From Candidatus Altiarchaeota archaeon (GTDB lineage Archaea; Altiarchaeota; Altiarchaeia; IMC4; SCGC-AAA252-I15), in NCBI GenBank assembly GCA_043800255.1, contig JAZDNF010000008.1:92622-156621 (forward strand): DNA of 64,000 nt, given 5' to 3'. How positions within the stretch are numbered: position 1 is the stretch's first letter; the number at the start of each line of letters is the position of its first letter. This document shows, piece after piece, positions 35,382-45,663 of the stretch. The notes beneath the pieces were generated by a model that did not search any database, was not told where the DNA came from, and saw only the letters and a program-made list of their open reading frames with translations. The position numbers and the translations under genes were made by a program.

Positions 35382-38300
35382 TTACATGTAGTCTGCGAGG
35401 CTTACCTGCTTTGACAGGTCGTTCGTGAACAGTGAGTCGACGTCCATGCCCAGCAGCTTCAGCCTCTGCTTCAGATAGTCTGAGAGCTCGTACTTTTCGG
35501 CGATCTCCATCGAAGTCCCCAAGTATTTTCGCACGTTGCCCTCCGACACTGTGAGAAGTATCTTGCCCCCGCATGCTGTGCACTTCCCGGACAAAGGCAC
35601 ACGCCGGTAGTTTGCGTTGCACTTCACGCACCTGAACCTCTGCCTCGAGAAAGCCCGCAGGTTGCCGTAGGTGTCCCTCAGGAAATGGGAATTGATTACC
35701 AACTCGGCCACATCCTTAGCCTCAATCGCCCTTATCTTCGATGCGACGTTAAGCTGAGCTTCAACCTTCTCCACCATGGTCTCCAGTTTAACGTATTCGG
35801 AGACGTGCACGTGGCCGTTGATGTCCGATGTATCGTGGGTGAACTTCAGACCGGAATAGGGGTTAGAGCGCAGGATAGAGGAGACAGTTGGAATGCCCGC
35901 CTCCGACGGATTCAGGTTCTGCCACGTCTTCTCATAGAAGTCGACAGGATAATGGTCGACGATCTCCATCTTATGGGCCTCATCATCGATCTCGGACGGG
36001 TTCATTATCGTCGTGACGACGAGTGGGGCGTCCATGTGGCCGCCTCTCTTCTCAGGCAGATACTTCCTGGAAAAGTTCAGCAAGACGTCCATGAGAAGCA
36101 TGAAAGAGTCCTCATCGCCGTCGCAGTTCCTCCTCTTGGCAGCATGCCAGTAGGGGTGGGCGAAGCAGACGTTGGCTTCTGTGAAACCAACAATCCTGCC
36201 GATGATGCCTGCCGAAGTGTGAGGAGCCAGGCCGACGACCAGATGGCCCAGGAGAGCGGAACTGTCCTCAAGACCGTAGAACGCGTCAAGGTTATAGACT
36301 TTCATGAGAAGCTGGTCAACAAACCTGCCAACCTTCAGCAGATAATCTGCCCCAGACTTCGGGATGACGACATCCTGCACCTTAAGCTCTAGAATCTGGT
36401 CTCTGGAAGTCAGAGGATCGCCCTTGAAATCGCGGTCATAGCCCAGCGAGACCAGCTGTTCGACGCTCGCCCCCACCTCCCTAGGCCTGAAGTGGGTGAG
36501 AGGCGCGTCGGTGGCGTCAAACCGTATTGTGCCGTCCTTGAAAACGTAGACGTCGTTGGCAGCCCTCAGTATGCCCTTCTCAAGGGGTTCAGGTATCTTG
36601 AACTCTGATATCATGCCCCGCACACCCTTGACGTTGACTGCCTTTCCGACCCTCTCGACAGCCGCCTTCCAAAGCCTCCTCAAGGGTATGTCCTGCTTCC
36701 CGAAATACTGTGTTGGGCTGCCGCATCTGGGACACTTGCCGCCGTCAGAGACAAACCCGCACTTGCGGCAGGTCCTGACAAGCCTCGTGGAAGAGCCGCA
36801 TTCGACGCAGACGTGGGAGACTCCGACAGTGCCGCACTTCGAGCACCTGTAGCGCGCGACGTCAATCGAGATTATATCATTGTCTGATGCCGCGTTTATG
36901 CTCCTGTCCCTGCCGCCGTATTCTCCGACTGGGAAGAGACCGTGGACTGCGGGTTGCATCCTGCGCTCCTTGGCCTTCTCAGGCCGGCCCATCCTGCAGC
37001 CTATGTAGGTTCCGACCCTGGCCTTGACCTTGACAGGAGACAGGTCCTGGATGAGAGGAAGCGCCGGCTCCTCAGGAGAGTACTTGCTCAGGACTATTTT
37101 CACCTTAGAATCTGACAACCCGCCCTCGGACATTAGGTTCAGACAGGTTAGGAGAGGCGCGTACTCGTCCAAGACTATGTCACCCTCCTCGACCCTGTGC
37201 ACCACCCCAAGCTCCTCCAGTATCCTCTTGCCCTGCTCAGAGTAGCCCATCCTAAGCTTGCCGTCAAGCCTCCCGGAGAGAAGCCATGCGACGAGAGTCC
37301 TAACGTCCTTAACCTTTATGTCAGACCAGCAGTAGGAGTACCTTGGGTGGAGGGGTATGTCATATTTTTTCGAAAGCTCCAGAGCCTCATCAGCAGTGGG
37401 TATCCTATCCAGCGTCTTCCCCGAAGCCTTGTGCAGGAGCTGAGTCCACCACTCCTCGCAGAAGCCTGCGGGCAGCAGACTCGTGTTCGTCTGCAAGAAG
37501 TCGCCGTAGGAGACCAGCAGGTCGCCTAAGAACAGGATCTGGTCAAGGTTGTGCTTGACGTCGTAGGCCTCCTCAACGCTTCCGACCCGGACTACCGAGC
37601 CGTCCTTAAGCCTGACGATAGGCCCCTCAATGGTATCACAGTCTGTGATTATGCAGCCCTTGCCAGGCTTCTCTACCTTGACCTGGGTCCCGGTTGCGAT
37701 GAAGCCGTCAACCAATACTGAAGTCGCAGGGTGTATGCATTTGGCGGCGATGCCGGAGCAGCGGCCCCTCCCGTATCTGAGCCTGAAAGCGCCCTTCGCA
37801 GAGGGTGCGGCGAATATGGGCCTGCCGCCGACGATTTCATCCATGAACTTCGCTATCGGAGCCTCGACTGATGAATTATCCTCAACCTTTTTCTTCCCGA
37901 TTTCGGAGAGCCACTCCCAGTCCAGGCCGAGCTTCGGCGAGTAGTTCCTGACCTTCCTGGACTTCTGGGCGATGCCCTCCGCCAGCACCAGGCACATCCC
38001 GCCCCTGATCCTGTTCGACTCTATCCTCGGGAGGTTCCTGTGTATCGGAACCTCGAAAGTCTCAGTAGGCTCGCCGGTTATGCAAACTGGGATGTTCTTC
38101 ACCATCATCCTTATGTCATCCTCAGATGGCATGTACTGCAGCCTGCTCGCCCTGTCGTTGTAAAGCTTTATCTCCTCGACGTACCGCTCAACTTCGTCGT
38201 TCGTAGGCCTGTACTCCCTGAGACCGAGCTTCTTCCGTATGAAATCGCCTATCAGAACCGATAGGCCCTGCGCCGTGCCGCCCGCGCTCCTGATCGGGCC

Positions 38301-38687
38301 TGCATAGTATATGGAAAGGTACTTGCTGCCATCAGGATTAGTCTCTGTTTTCACGTCTGATATTCCCTCGATGGGGGCTGCGACGACGCCCTCCGTGAGG
38401 ATGTCCAAAGACGTGCGGACCGCCTGTACCACACGCTCGCTCTCCGTCATACCGAACTCGCCCAACAGTATGGACTCTATGATCTCGGGAATCTTATCCC
38501 TCCCCAGTTCGCGTATCTTTTTTGCGATGCCTGGAGGCCCGACCCTGCCTTCAACCCTCGCCGCCAGGTCGCCTGCGGGTATAGCCTCGACATCATCAAC
38601 CGGGTCAATGTTCATGCTCCTCGCCCTTCTCGCGACAACGTAGGCCGCGTCTATCTTAGACCTTAAAGTGCTGAAGTAATCATCCAT
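35382..38687 (-). CDS. polC: DNA polymerase D large subunit DP2
   Basis: AGPIRSAGGT, RMGRPEKAKER, DGTIRFD, HAAKRRNCDGDED, C-terminal Zn fingers; start MDDYF at 38687; no intein. Confidence 0.97.
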   Translation of the reverse strand: MDDYFSTLRSKIDAAYVVARRARSMNIDPVDDVEAIPAGDLAARVEGRVGPPGIAKKIRELGRDKIPEIIESILLGEFGMTESERVVQAVRTSLDILTEGVVAAPIEGISDVKTETNPDGSKYLSIYYAGPIRSAGGTAQGLSVLIGDFIRKKLGLREYRPTNDEVERYVEEIKLYNDRASRLQYMPSEDDIRMMVKNIPVCITGEPTETFEVPIHRNLPRIESNRIRGGMCLVLAEGIAQKSRKVRNYSPKLGLDWEWLSEIGKKKVEDNSSVEAPIAKFMDEIVGGRPIFAAPSAKGAFRLRYGRGRCSGIAAKCIHPATSVLVDGFIATGTQVKVEKPGKGCIITDCDTIEGPIVRLKDGSVVRVGSVEEAYDVKHNLDQILFLGDLLVSYGDFLQTNTSLLPAGFCEEWWTQLLHKASGKTLDRIPTADEALELSKKYDIPLHPRYSYCWSDIKVKDVRTLVAWLLSGRLDGKLRMGYSEQGKRILEELGVVHRVEEGDIVLDEYAPLLTCLNLMSEGGLSDSKVKIVLSKYSPEEPALPLIQDLSPVKVKARVGTYIGCRMGRPEKAKERRMQPAVHGLFPVGEYGGRDRSINAASDNDIISIDVARYRCSKCGTVGVSHVCVECGSSTRLVRTCRKCGFVSDGGKCPRCGSPTQYFGKQDIPLRRLWKAAVERVGKAVNVKGVRGMISEFKIPEPLEKGILRAANDVYVFKDGTIRFDATDAPLTHFRPREVGASVEQLVSLGYDRDFKGDPLTSRDQILELKVQDVVIPKSGADYLLKVGRFVDQLLMKVYNLDAFYGLEDSSALLGHLVVGLAPHTSAGIIGRIVGFTEANVCFAHPYWHAAKRRNCDGDEDSFMLLMDVLLNFSRKYLPEKRGGHMDAPLVVTTIMNPSEIDDEAHKMEIVDHYPVDFYEKTWQNLNPSEAGIPTVSSILRSNPYSGLKFTHDTSDINGHVHVSEYVKLETMVEKVEAQLNVASKIRAIEAKDVAELVINSHFLRDTYGNLRAFSRQRFRCVKCNANYRRVPLSGKCTACGGKILLTVSEGNVRKYLGTSMEIAEKYELSDYLKQRLKLLGMDVDSLFTNDLSKQVSLADYM

Positions 38688-38689
38688 CT

Positions 38690-40219
38690 TCAATCCCCAA
38701 AGTGCAAAACCTTGACCTCCTGGTTGCTCAAGTTCATGACAGGCAGCCTGGCAGGCGTTGGAACGTGGCCAAGCTGCTCCTGGTATTTCGTCTTCCCCTG
38801 CCATGTGCCGGAATTTATGACCTTAACCCCCCGGTAGACTGCGTACCCGTTGGTGTGAACGTGGCCGCAGTGCAGTATGTCAGGAACCTCCAGAATAGAC
38901 ATGTAATCAACGGACTCGGGAGATATCACATCGTTACCGTACATCGGAACGAGGTGCCTCCTCTTGAGGTACTCTATCATGGCATTCTCAGGCGACCGGT
39001 AGCTGCAGTTGGCCAGATTCCCGATGAGGGTGTCCAGCGAGGTCCCGTGGTAGATGAGCGTCTGGACTCCGTGAGTCTCTACCCGGACGGGGTTGCCGAC
39101 GACGTGGACGTTCGGCATGTCATACAATCTGGCAGCGATATCCTTCGAGACGGAAGGCTGGGGTTCCGCATTCCGGGTGGCATCGTGGTTGCCCATCGAC
39201 ATGACTATCTCAATGTAGTCTGGAATCTGCTCTATGAGGGCGGCGAGAAAATCATACTGCTTGTATATGTCAGGTATGACCAGCTCCCTCTCCTGCGTAG
39301 GATAGATTCCGATGCCGTCAACCAGGTCGCCTGCCACGAAGAGATACTTGACCTTCTCTGCGATATCCTGGTTGTCTGCTTTCAGGTTAATCCACCGTAT
39401 GAAACGGTCGAACTCCCGCTCCAGGAAAAGGTAGCTCCCGATGTGGATGTCTGACATGAAGGCGGCGTAGACCTCCTCCTCGGACAGCTTGATCTCCTTC
39501 GTCAACGGCAGGTCTGGGTTGGTTATCTCGGTCGCGATAAGCATATCATTGTGGAGGATGCCCTCTATGCCGACAACAGAGTCCAGGAGAACGTTGTCGT
39601 ACTCTTGGAGGAGGTGAGGCTTGTCCTTGGGCAGCATGACCGTCACCTGCCCGGTTGGGTCCTCGACCTCGAGGAACCTGTTGCCGCTCTTCGAATCCCT
39701 CTTCTCAGACACCATGCAGATTATCCTAATGGCGGAGCGGTCCAGACCGCCGGCCTTCTTCAGGGAGCTTATGGGGATGGCGCTCCTGAAGTTGACCCTC
39801 TCCCTGAGGATGCTAGCAAGGTTGCTGTATTTGACGTTGAAGTATTCGACGAAGCTCTCAAGCGTGGCCTGTGATGTTGATTTGTTGGTGACGTCCGAGC
39901 TCTCGATTATTTTCAGTTGTGGTTCGATGTCCTTTGCGTAGACGTTCCTGGAACGCTCGACGCGGACTCCAGAAGCCTCAGGCTCTGCGATATCCTCGGC
40001 AGCCTCGGCTATCTCCTCCTCCTTGATCAGGAACCTGCTCAGAAAGTCGTCGGCCACGAACCAGACGCCCTCTGCCTTCGCGGCCTCGATGATGTCGTCA
40101 ACGTCGGCATTCGCATCAACTATCTTCTGCAGCGAGTTGGCTGCCAGCAGGATGTTCTCCTTCAGAAATCTTGCGACGATCGTTTCCTTCACACCATCCA
40201 ACACCATCACCCGTGTCAT
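38690..40219 (-). CDS. polB: DNA polymerase D small subunit DP1 (proofreading exonuclease)
   Basis: OB fold, SDIHIGS, GDLVDGIGIYP, GNHD, YHG, GHVH, NSGTWQ. Confidence 0.95.
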   Translation of the reverse strand: MTRVMVLDGVKETIVARFLKENILLAANSLQKIVDANADVDDIIEAAKAEGVWFVADDFLSRFLIKEEEIAEAAEDIAEPEASGVRVERSRNVYAKDIEPQLKIIESSDVTNKSTSQATLESFVEYFNVKYSNLASILRERVNFRSAIPISSLKKAGGLDRSAIRIICMVSEKRDSKSGNRFLEVEDPTGQVTVMLPKDKPHLLQEYDNVLLDSVVGIEGILHNDMLIATEITNPDLPLTKEIKLSEEEVYAAFMSDIHIGSYLFLEREFDRFIRWINLKADNQDIAEKVKYLFVAGDLVDGIGIYPTQERELVIPDIYKQYDFLAALIEQIPDYIEIVMSMGNHDATRNAEPQPSVSKDIAARLYDMPNVHVVGNPVRVETHGVQTLIYHGTSLDTLIGNLANCSYRSPENAMIEYLKRRHLVPMYGNDVISPESVDYMSILEVPDILHCGHVHTNGYAVYRGVKVINSGTWQGKTKYQEQLGHVPTPARLPVMNLSNQEVKVLHFGD

Positions 40220-40241
40220 ATATTACAAGAGGAGAATAAAA

Positions 40242-40715
40242 TCAGGACCTCATCCGCCTGCGGGCGGCGAGCAGGCCGGCAAGCACGAGAACGGCGAAAC
40301 CCTGCGGGGATATTATGTTCCCGACCTTCTGCCTGACGGCGTCAGACGTCATGATGGAGAAATGGACGGCAGGTATGAAATTTTCCATCTCAAGTGTCAG
40401 GCTGACAGAGTAGAATGTGCTCTTGAAGGGGTAAAAGTAGGATACGAAGTTGCCGGTGTCGAGCAGCAGATGAGACAGTAGGAAATAGAGGCTGAAGACC
40501 GCAAGCCGCCTGTCCCCCCACAGAACGTAAACCAGCGCAGCCACCACAAAAGGGAAGAAAAGGTTATGGAAGAGCGAATGCCTCTGCATCAGGAACCTGT
40601 CAAGGTCAGGCAGAAGCGACAGCAGGATGAAATAAGGCGTAAGGCGCCTGGCGAAGCGTATGCCCATTATGAGCAAAAGCGCGAACGGTATCAGAATGTG
40701 GAATACGACGTCCAT
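40242..40715 (-). CDS. Membrane metal-dependent hydrolase (YdjM-like)
   Basis: H...LLPDLD...HSLFHN...SHLLLD motifs. Confidence 0.8.
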   Translation of the reverse strand: MDVVFHILIPFALLLIMGIRFARRLTPYFILLSLLPDLDRFLMQRHSLFHNLFFPFVVAALVYVLWGDRRLAVFSLYFLLSHLLLDTGNFVSYFYPFKSTFYSVSLTLEMENFIPAVHFSIMTSDAVRQKVGNIISPQGFAVLVLAGLLAARRRMRS

Positions 40716-40766
40716 CTTAAAGTGGGCTTAAATATTTTCCTAGATAACTATAATATAAGGATTCGG

Positions 40767-41681
40767 ATGGCAGACCTAAAAACTGAGATAGCGGGGGTAA
40801 AGCTGAAAAATCCAACAGTGCTCGCCTCAGGCATTCTGGGAGTGACGAGGGACTCGATAAGAATCGCGGCAGACAACGGCGCGGGAGCTGCAACAATAAA
40901 GTCGATAACAAAGGAGCCCAGGAAAGGACATGACGGCCCCATAATAGTCGAGGTCGAAGGCGGGCTCCTGAACGCGGTAGGCTACTCCAACATGGGAGTG
41001 GAGAACGCGAAGGAGGAGTTCAAGAATCTGAAGGAGCTGGGCATCCCAGTCTTCGCGAGCATCGTCGCAGAGGATGCCAGAGGATTCGGGTTCCTGGCGA
41101 AGGAGCTCTCCGGCCTAGAGTTCTCGGCGATAGAGCTGGCACTGTCATGCCCTCACACGCCAGGATACGGGATACTCGCTGGACACAATACGCCAGAGAA
41201 CGCCTATGAGATAACGAAAACTGTCAAGGGAAGCACGAAGCTGCCTGTCATCGTGAAACTCTCGCCCAATACGACAAACCTGGGGGAGATAGCGAAGTCG
41301 GCTGAGATGGCTGGGGCGGCTGCGATAAACATGGGCAACACTTTAGGCCCTGGGATGGTGATAGACCCCCGCGCGAAAAAGCCGGTCCTGGGGTTCAAGG
41401 TCGGGGGGATGAGCGGACCCGCAATAAAGCCGATAATAGTGAGAAGCGTCTACGACATATACGAGACGGTTAGGATTCCGATAATAGCGACAGGCGGCAT
41501 AACAACAGGACTCGATGCTGTTGAGATGATGATGGCGGGAGCAGCCGCTGTCGGCATCGGCACAGGCATAATGTACAAGGGACCAGGCATTTTCAAGAGA
41601 GTCTGCGATGAGATTTCAGAGTTCATGCACGCTGAAGGCTACTCCAACCTGAAGCAGATGATGGGGGCGGCGCACAAATGA
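40767..41681 (+). CDS. pyrD: Dihydroorotate dehydrogenase class 1B catalytic subunit
   Basis: KNPTVLASG, LSCPH, VKLSPN, GGMSGPAIKP. Confidence 0.93.
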   Translation: MADLKTEIAGVKLKNPTVLASGILGVTRDSIRIAADNGAGAATIKSITKEPRKGHDGPIIVEVEGGLLNAVGYSNMGVENAKEEFKNLKELGIPVFASIVAEDARGFGFLAKELSGLEFSAIELALSCPHTPGYGILAGHNTPENAYEITKTVKGSTKLPVIVKLSPNTTNLGEIAKSAEMAGAAAINMGNTLGPGMVIDPRAKKPVLGFKVGGMSGPAIKPIIVRSVYDIYETVRIPIIATGGITTGLDAVEMMMAGAAAVGIGTGIMYKGPGIFKRVCDEISEFMHAEGYSNLKQMMGAAHK

Positions 41682-42457
41682 CGGGTATGAAGCACAGGCC
41701 GGAGATGGTCAGGATAAAGGAGGTTATAGGAGAGACGAATACTGTGAAGACCTTCATCGTTGACAAGAAGCTGATGGCAGAGCCTGGGCAGTTCTGCATG
41801 CTGTGGATTCCGGGGGTTGGCGAGAAGCCGTTCAGCTTCAGTTACATCGAGAAGTTCGCGGGCGTGACTGTCAGGAGAGCGGGCAGGTTCACGGAGAGCA
41901 TGCACAAGCTGGATGCACACGACACCATAGGCCTGCGAGGGCCCTACGGGAACGGCTTCAGGCTGGCTGGGAAGGACGTCATAGTGGTTGCAGGCGGCTG
42001 CGGCGCCGCGCCCCTCCTGCCTCTGGTAAAAAGGCTGGGAAAGAGGGATATCACGATAATAGTCGGAGCCAGCACGGAATCTGAACTCCTGTTCGTCAAA
42101 GAGTATGAGGAACATGGGGAAGTTCTGACTGTGACCGACGACGGCAGCTCAGGAACCAAGGGGACGACAGTGGACATATTGGGAAATGTTCTCGTCCTGA
42201 AAAAGCCTGACCAGATTTACGCCTGCGGGCCTGAGAGGATGCTGAGCAGCATAATGGAAATTGCATTGAAGAACAGGATACCCTGCCAGCTCAGCCTCGA
42301 AAGGTACATGAAATGCGGGATGGGACTGTGCGGCTCATGCCTGCTGGACGGGATGAGAGTATGCGAGGACGGTCCGATATTCGAGGCCATCGCATTGAAG
42401 GACACTGAATTTGGCAAGAGCACCAGAGACGCCTCAGGCTCCAGGATGAGAGTGTAA
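41678..42457 (+). CDS. pyrK: Dihydroorotate dehydrogenase electron transfer subunit
   Basis: PGQF, RGPYG, GGCGAAP, CGP, MKCGMGLCGSC...VCEDGP. Confidence 0.93.
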   Translation: MTGMKHRPEMVRIKEVIGETNTVKTFIVDKKLMAEPGQFCMLWIPGVGEKPFSFSYIEKFAGVTVRRAGRFTESMHKLDAHDTIGLRGPYGNGFRLAGKDVIVVAGGCGAAPLLPLVKRLGKRDITIIVGASTESELLFVKEYEEHGEVLTVTDDGSSGTKGTTVDILGNVLVLKKPDQIYACGPERMLSSIMEIALKNRIPCQLSLERYMKCGMGLCGSCLLDGMRVCEDGPIFEAIALKDTEFGKSTRDASGSRMRV

Positions 42458-42458
42458 G

Positions 42459-43670
42459 ATGGCTGACCTTCTGATAAACGGCGGCAGAATCGTGAGACCG
42501 GACGGCATAGCTGACGCCTCCATAGCGATTGAATCCGGGAAGATTGTAAGGATTTCGAAAAAGGCCTCAGCGCCGAAGGCAGACAACGTCTTGGACGTTA
42601 AAGGCTGCTATATACTCCCGGGGATAATAGACCCGCACGTCCACTTCAGGGAGCCGGGCAACATCAGGAAGGAAGGCTGGCGTACCGGGTCAATGGCTGC
42701 AGCAGCGGGCGGAGTCACTACCGTCTTGGACATGCCGAACAACAAGCCGCCGACAACGACTGTGAGAAGGCTTAACGATAAGAGAGGCCTTGCAGAGGAG
42801 AAGTCGACCGTCGACTTCGGATTCCACTTCGGCTCTGTAGGAGATAACATCAGCGAAATCATTAAAGCCGACAGAGTGGCATCGACCAAAGTTTACATGG
42901 GGGACACCACAGGAGGGCTGACTGTCAGGGATGACACCATACTGGGCCAGATATTCGAGAGCTCTAGGCTCATATCAGTCCACGCTGAGGGCAGGATGAT
43001 AAGGAAGGCTGCTGAGATTGCGAAATCGAAGGGTAAGAGACTGTATATATGCCACGTGTCCTCCAAGGACGAGGCAGACACCCTAAAAGAGCTCAAGAAA
43101 GATAACGTCTACGCTGAGGTGACGCCTCACCACCTGTTCCTGGACTCGTCTGACCTCAAGAGGCTGGGCAGCCTCGGCCTAATGAAACCCGAACTCAAGA
43201 CGAAAACGGACAGAATCGCACTGTGGGAGTGCCTCAGACAGGGACTTATAGGAACAGTCGGCTCAGACCACGCTCCGCATCTATTGGAGGAGAAGGACGG
43301 TGACAGGCCGCCCTACGGCGTCCCAGGCGTTGAAACATCCCTCCCATTGATGCTGAATGCTGTCAACAGGAGGATGATAACGCTCGAACTTCTCGCAAGG
43401 ATAATGTCAGAGAACCCTGCCGGGATATTCAACATAGCAGGCAAGGGCAGAATCGCGGAAGGCTTCGACGCAGACCTTGCGATAGTAGACCTCAGTGTGG
43501 AGAAGACTATAAAAGACGACAGCCTCTTCACAAGATGCGGCTGGTCACCGTACTCGGGGATGAAGGTGAAAGGCTGGCCTGTCAAGACTTATCTGAGGGG
43601 CAAACTGATTTTTGACGATGGAATACCAATTAAAGTAAAAGGCGAGGGGATAAACTATGGGAGCGTGTAG
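42459..43670 (+). CDS. pyrC: Dihydroorotase
   Basis: DPHVHFREPG, DMPN, EVTPHHL, SDHAPH. Confidence 0.93.
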   Translation: MADLLINGGRIVRPDGIADASIAIESGKIVRISKKASAPKADNVLDVKGCYILPGIIDPHVHFREPGNIRKEGWRTGSMAAAAGGVTTVLDMPNNKPPTTTVRRLNDKRGLAEEKSTVDFGFHFGSVGDNISEIIKADRVASTKVYMGDTTGGLTVRDDTILGQIFESSRLISVHAEGRMIRKAAEIAKSKGKRLYICHVSSKDEADTLKELKKDNVYAEVTPHHLFLDSSDLKRLGSLGLMKPELKTKTDRIALWECLRQGLIGTVGSDHAPHLLEEKDGDRPPYGVPGVETSLPLMLNAVNRRMITLELLARIMSENPAGIFNIAGKGRIAEGFDADLAIVDLSVEKTIKDDSLFTRCGWSPYSGMKVKGWPVKTYLRGKLIFDDGIPIKVKGEGINYGSV

Positions 43671-43673
43671 AAG

Positions 43674-44264
43674 ATGAACGAGTCTGTTGCGAAGGCCATG
43701 TGCGATGCGAAGGTCGTCAAATTCGGCGACTTCACTTACGTATCAGGGAAGAGAGGCCCAGTCTACGTTGACGTCAGGGTGCTGCCATCAAACCCTGCCT
43801 CTATGGACACAGTGACATCGGAGATGGCGGATGTTGCAAAAAAGATTGACTTCGACGTCGTATGCGGCGCTGAGACGGCAGGCATATCGCTTGCTGCCGT
43901 AGTTGCCATAAAGCTGAAAAAGCCGATGGTGTACGTCAGAAAGAAGCCTAAACAGCACGGCACCAAGACGATGATAGAGGGCAGCTTCAGAGAAGGCGAC
44001 AGGATGCTCCTCGTCGATGACATGATAACAGACGGCGGCTCCAAACGGGTTTTCATAGACGGCATCAGAGCATCCGGGGCGATTGTCGAGGACGCTCTCA
44101 TCGTCCTGGACCGGGAGCAGGGCGGCTCTGAGACGCTCTCAAAGTCGGACGTGAGACTGCACTCGCTGATAACGCTAAAAGAGCTCCTGGACTATATGAA
44201 GGATAAGAAACTCGTCAAGGAGGAAAAATACAAGGAAGTTGTCAGCTACCTGGAGGGCCAATGA
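43674..44264 (+). CDS. pyrE: Orotate phosphoribosyltransferase
   Basis: FGDFTYVSGK, YVRKKPKQHGT, LVDDMITDGGS. Confidence 0.93.
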   Translation: MNESVAKAMCDAKVVKFGDFTYVSGKRGPVYVDVRVLPSNPASMDTVTSEMADVAKKIDFDVVCGAETAGISLAAVVAIKLKKPMVYVRKKPKQHGTKTMIEGSFREGDRMLLVDDMITDGGSKRVFIDGIRASGAIVEDALIVLDREQGGSETLSKSDVRLHSLITLKELLDYMKDKKLVKEEKYKEVVSYLEGQ

Positions 44265-45061
44265 TGGCTTCGACAGTTTTCGTTGAAAAGTATGAGAATG
44301 CCAGGGACAGGAAGAGGAGCATACTATGCGTCGGATTGGACCCGGCCGTCAGGGGGATGAGAACCGATAACATCGTACCAGACGACTACTTCAAGGGCAG
44401 GGACGTTGGAGAAGGCCTGCTGGACTTCTGCCTCGACACGATAGACAACGTCGCAGACCACTGCTGCGCGGTCAAGGCCAACGCCCAGTACCTGCTCTTC
44501 CACATGAACCTCGGCCAGCTTAAGATACTCAACAAGACAGCCCACAAGGAGGGGCTGGTAACGATACTGGACAACAAGCTGGGGGACATAGGCTCAACCA
44601 ATAGTGCCTCACTCCACTGGACTGGGGAGGCAGGCTTCGACGCCTTCACCTTCTCGCCGTATGCAGGCAACATCAGGGAGTGCGTCTCAGAAGCCCACCA
44701 GAAGAATCTAGGAGTCTTCGTCCTGACGCTGATGAGCAACCCCCAAGCCGTTTGGATACAGAAGGAGACAGGATTGTACAAGAGGGTTGCCAGAGAATCT
44801 GCAGAAGCCCTCGCAGACGGACTTGTCGTGGGCGCGACAGGACATGTCACATCAGAGGACATCATAGGCCTGAGGGACATCGCAGGCTCCAGCACAGTCT
44901 TCCTGTTCCCAGGCGTCGGAGCACAGGGAGGCGACGCCCAGAAGACGGTCAAAGAGAGCGGCAACAACATCCTCGTCAATGTCGGCAGGTCCATAATATT
45001 CTCAGACAATCCCAAAGAGAAAGCCGAAGAATACAACAAACTGCTGAACAGCTTCAGATGA
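44261..45061 (+). CDS. pyrF: Orotidine-5'-phosphate decarboxylase
   Basis: LCVGLDP, DNKLGDIGST, VVGAT, PGVGAQGG. Confidence 0.93.
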   Translation: MMASTVFVEKYENARDRKRSILCVGLDPAVRGMRTDNIVPDDYFKGRDVGEGLLDFCLDTIDNVADHCCAVKANAQYLLFHMNLGQLKILNKTAHKEGLVTILDNKLGDIGSTNSASLHWTGEAGFDAFTFSPYAGNIRECVSEAHQKNLGVFVLTLMSNPQAVWIQKETGLYKRVARESAEALADGLVVGATGHVTSEDIIGLRDIAGSSTVFLFPGVGAQGGDAQKTVKESGNNILVNVGRSIIFSDNPKEKAEEYNKLLNSFR

Positions 45062-45098
45062 GTATCTGCTTTTATATTTTAACGCACATTATTAGTTG

Positions 45099-45206
45099 AT
45101 GGCAGACGTTGAGGATTCGGCAGAAGCGAAGAAGAAGGAGACGCTGACTGTTGTCGTGCTCTGGATTCTGTTTTTCGTGCTGGTTTACTGGATTTTCTTC
45201 GTGTGA
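45099..45206 (+). CDS. 35-aa tail-anchored small membrane protein
   Basis: MADVEDSAEAKKKETLTVVVLWILFFVLVYWIFFV; TATA-like TTTTATAT at ~45070-45077; stop abuts the pyrI stop. Confidence 0.6.
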   Translation: MADVEDSAEAKKKETLTVVVLWILFFVLVYWIFFV

Positions 45207-45662
45207 TTACTGAAGAGTCCGCTCGCAGTACTTGCACGTTAGAACCAGCGGGTCAGCTTGCCTTACTATGAAGATTGACGCCACAGGCTCGCGCTCCATG
45301 TTGGTTATGCAGTTCGGGTTGGAGCATTTTATGGTGCCGATGATCTCCTTCGGCAGCTTGACAGTCTCCTTGTGTATAACCTTGTAGTCTTTGATCTTGT
45401 TTATGGTCGCATTCGGCGCTATTATGGCAATCTGGTTGATTTCATTGGGCTTCAGGTCCCTGTTCTCGACTTTGACGATGTCCTTCTTGCCGTAGACGCT
45501 GCTGGGCACGTTCATTGCAATCGTTACGGTGTCTTGGAAGTTCGCGTCTATTCCGAGGATCTTCAGGACTTCAGGCGACTTTCCCTGTTTTATGTGGTCT
45601 ATTACGATGCCGTTCTTTATCCTCTTCACCCTCAGCGTTTCCTCGCCCTTTGCCTTGCTCAT
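45207..45662 (-). CDS. pyrI: Aspartate carbamoyltransferase regulatory subunit
   Basis: IKNGIVIDHI, KKDIVKVE, CSNPNCIT, CKYCE. Confidence 0.95.
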   Translation of the reverse strand: MSKAKGEETLRVKRIKNGIVIDHIKQGKSPEVLKILGIDANFQDTVTIAMNVPSSVYGKKDIVKVENRDLKPNEINQIAIIAPNATINKIKDYKVIHKETVKLPKEIIGTIKCSNPNCITNMEREPVASIFIVRQADPLVLTCKYCERTLQ

Positions 45663-45663
45663 C

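Noticed and set aside
35382-38804. Intein in DP2, or N-terminal extension to 38804
   Set aside because: The usual insertion site HAAKRRN/CDGDED is uninterrupted; the extension overlaps DP1, so the start is placed at 38687
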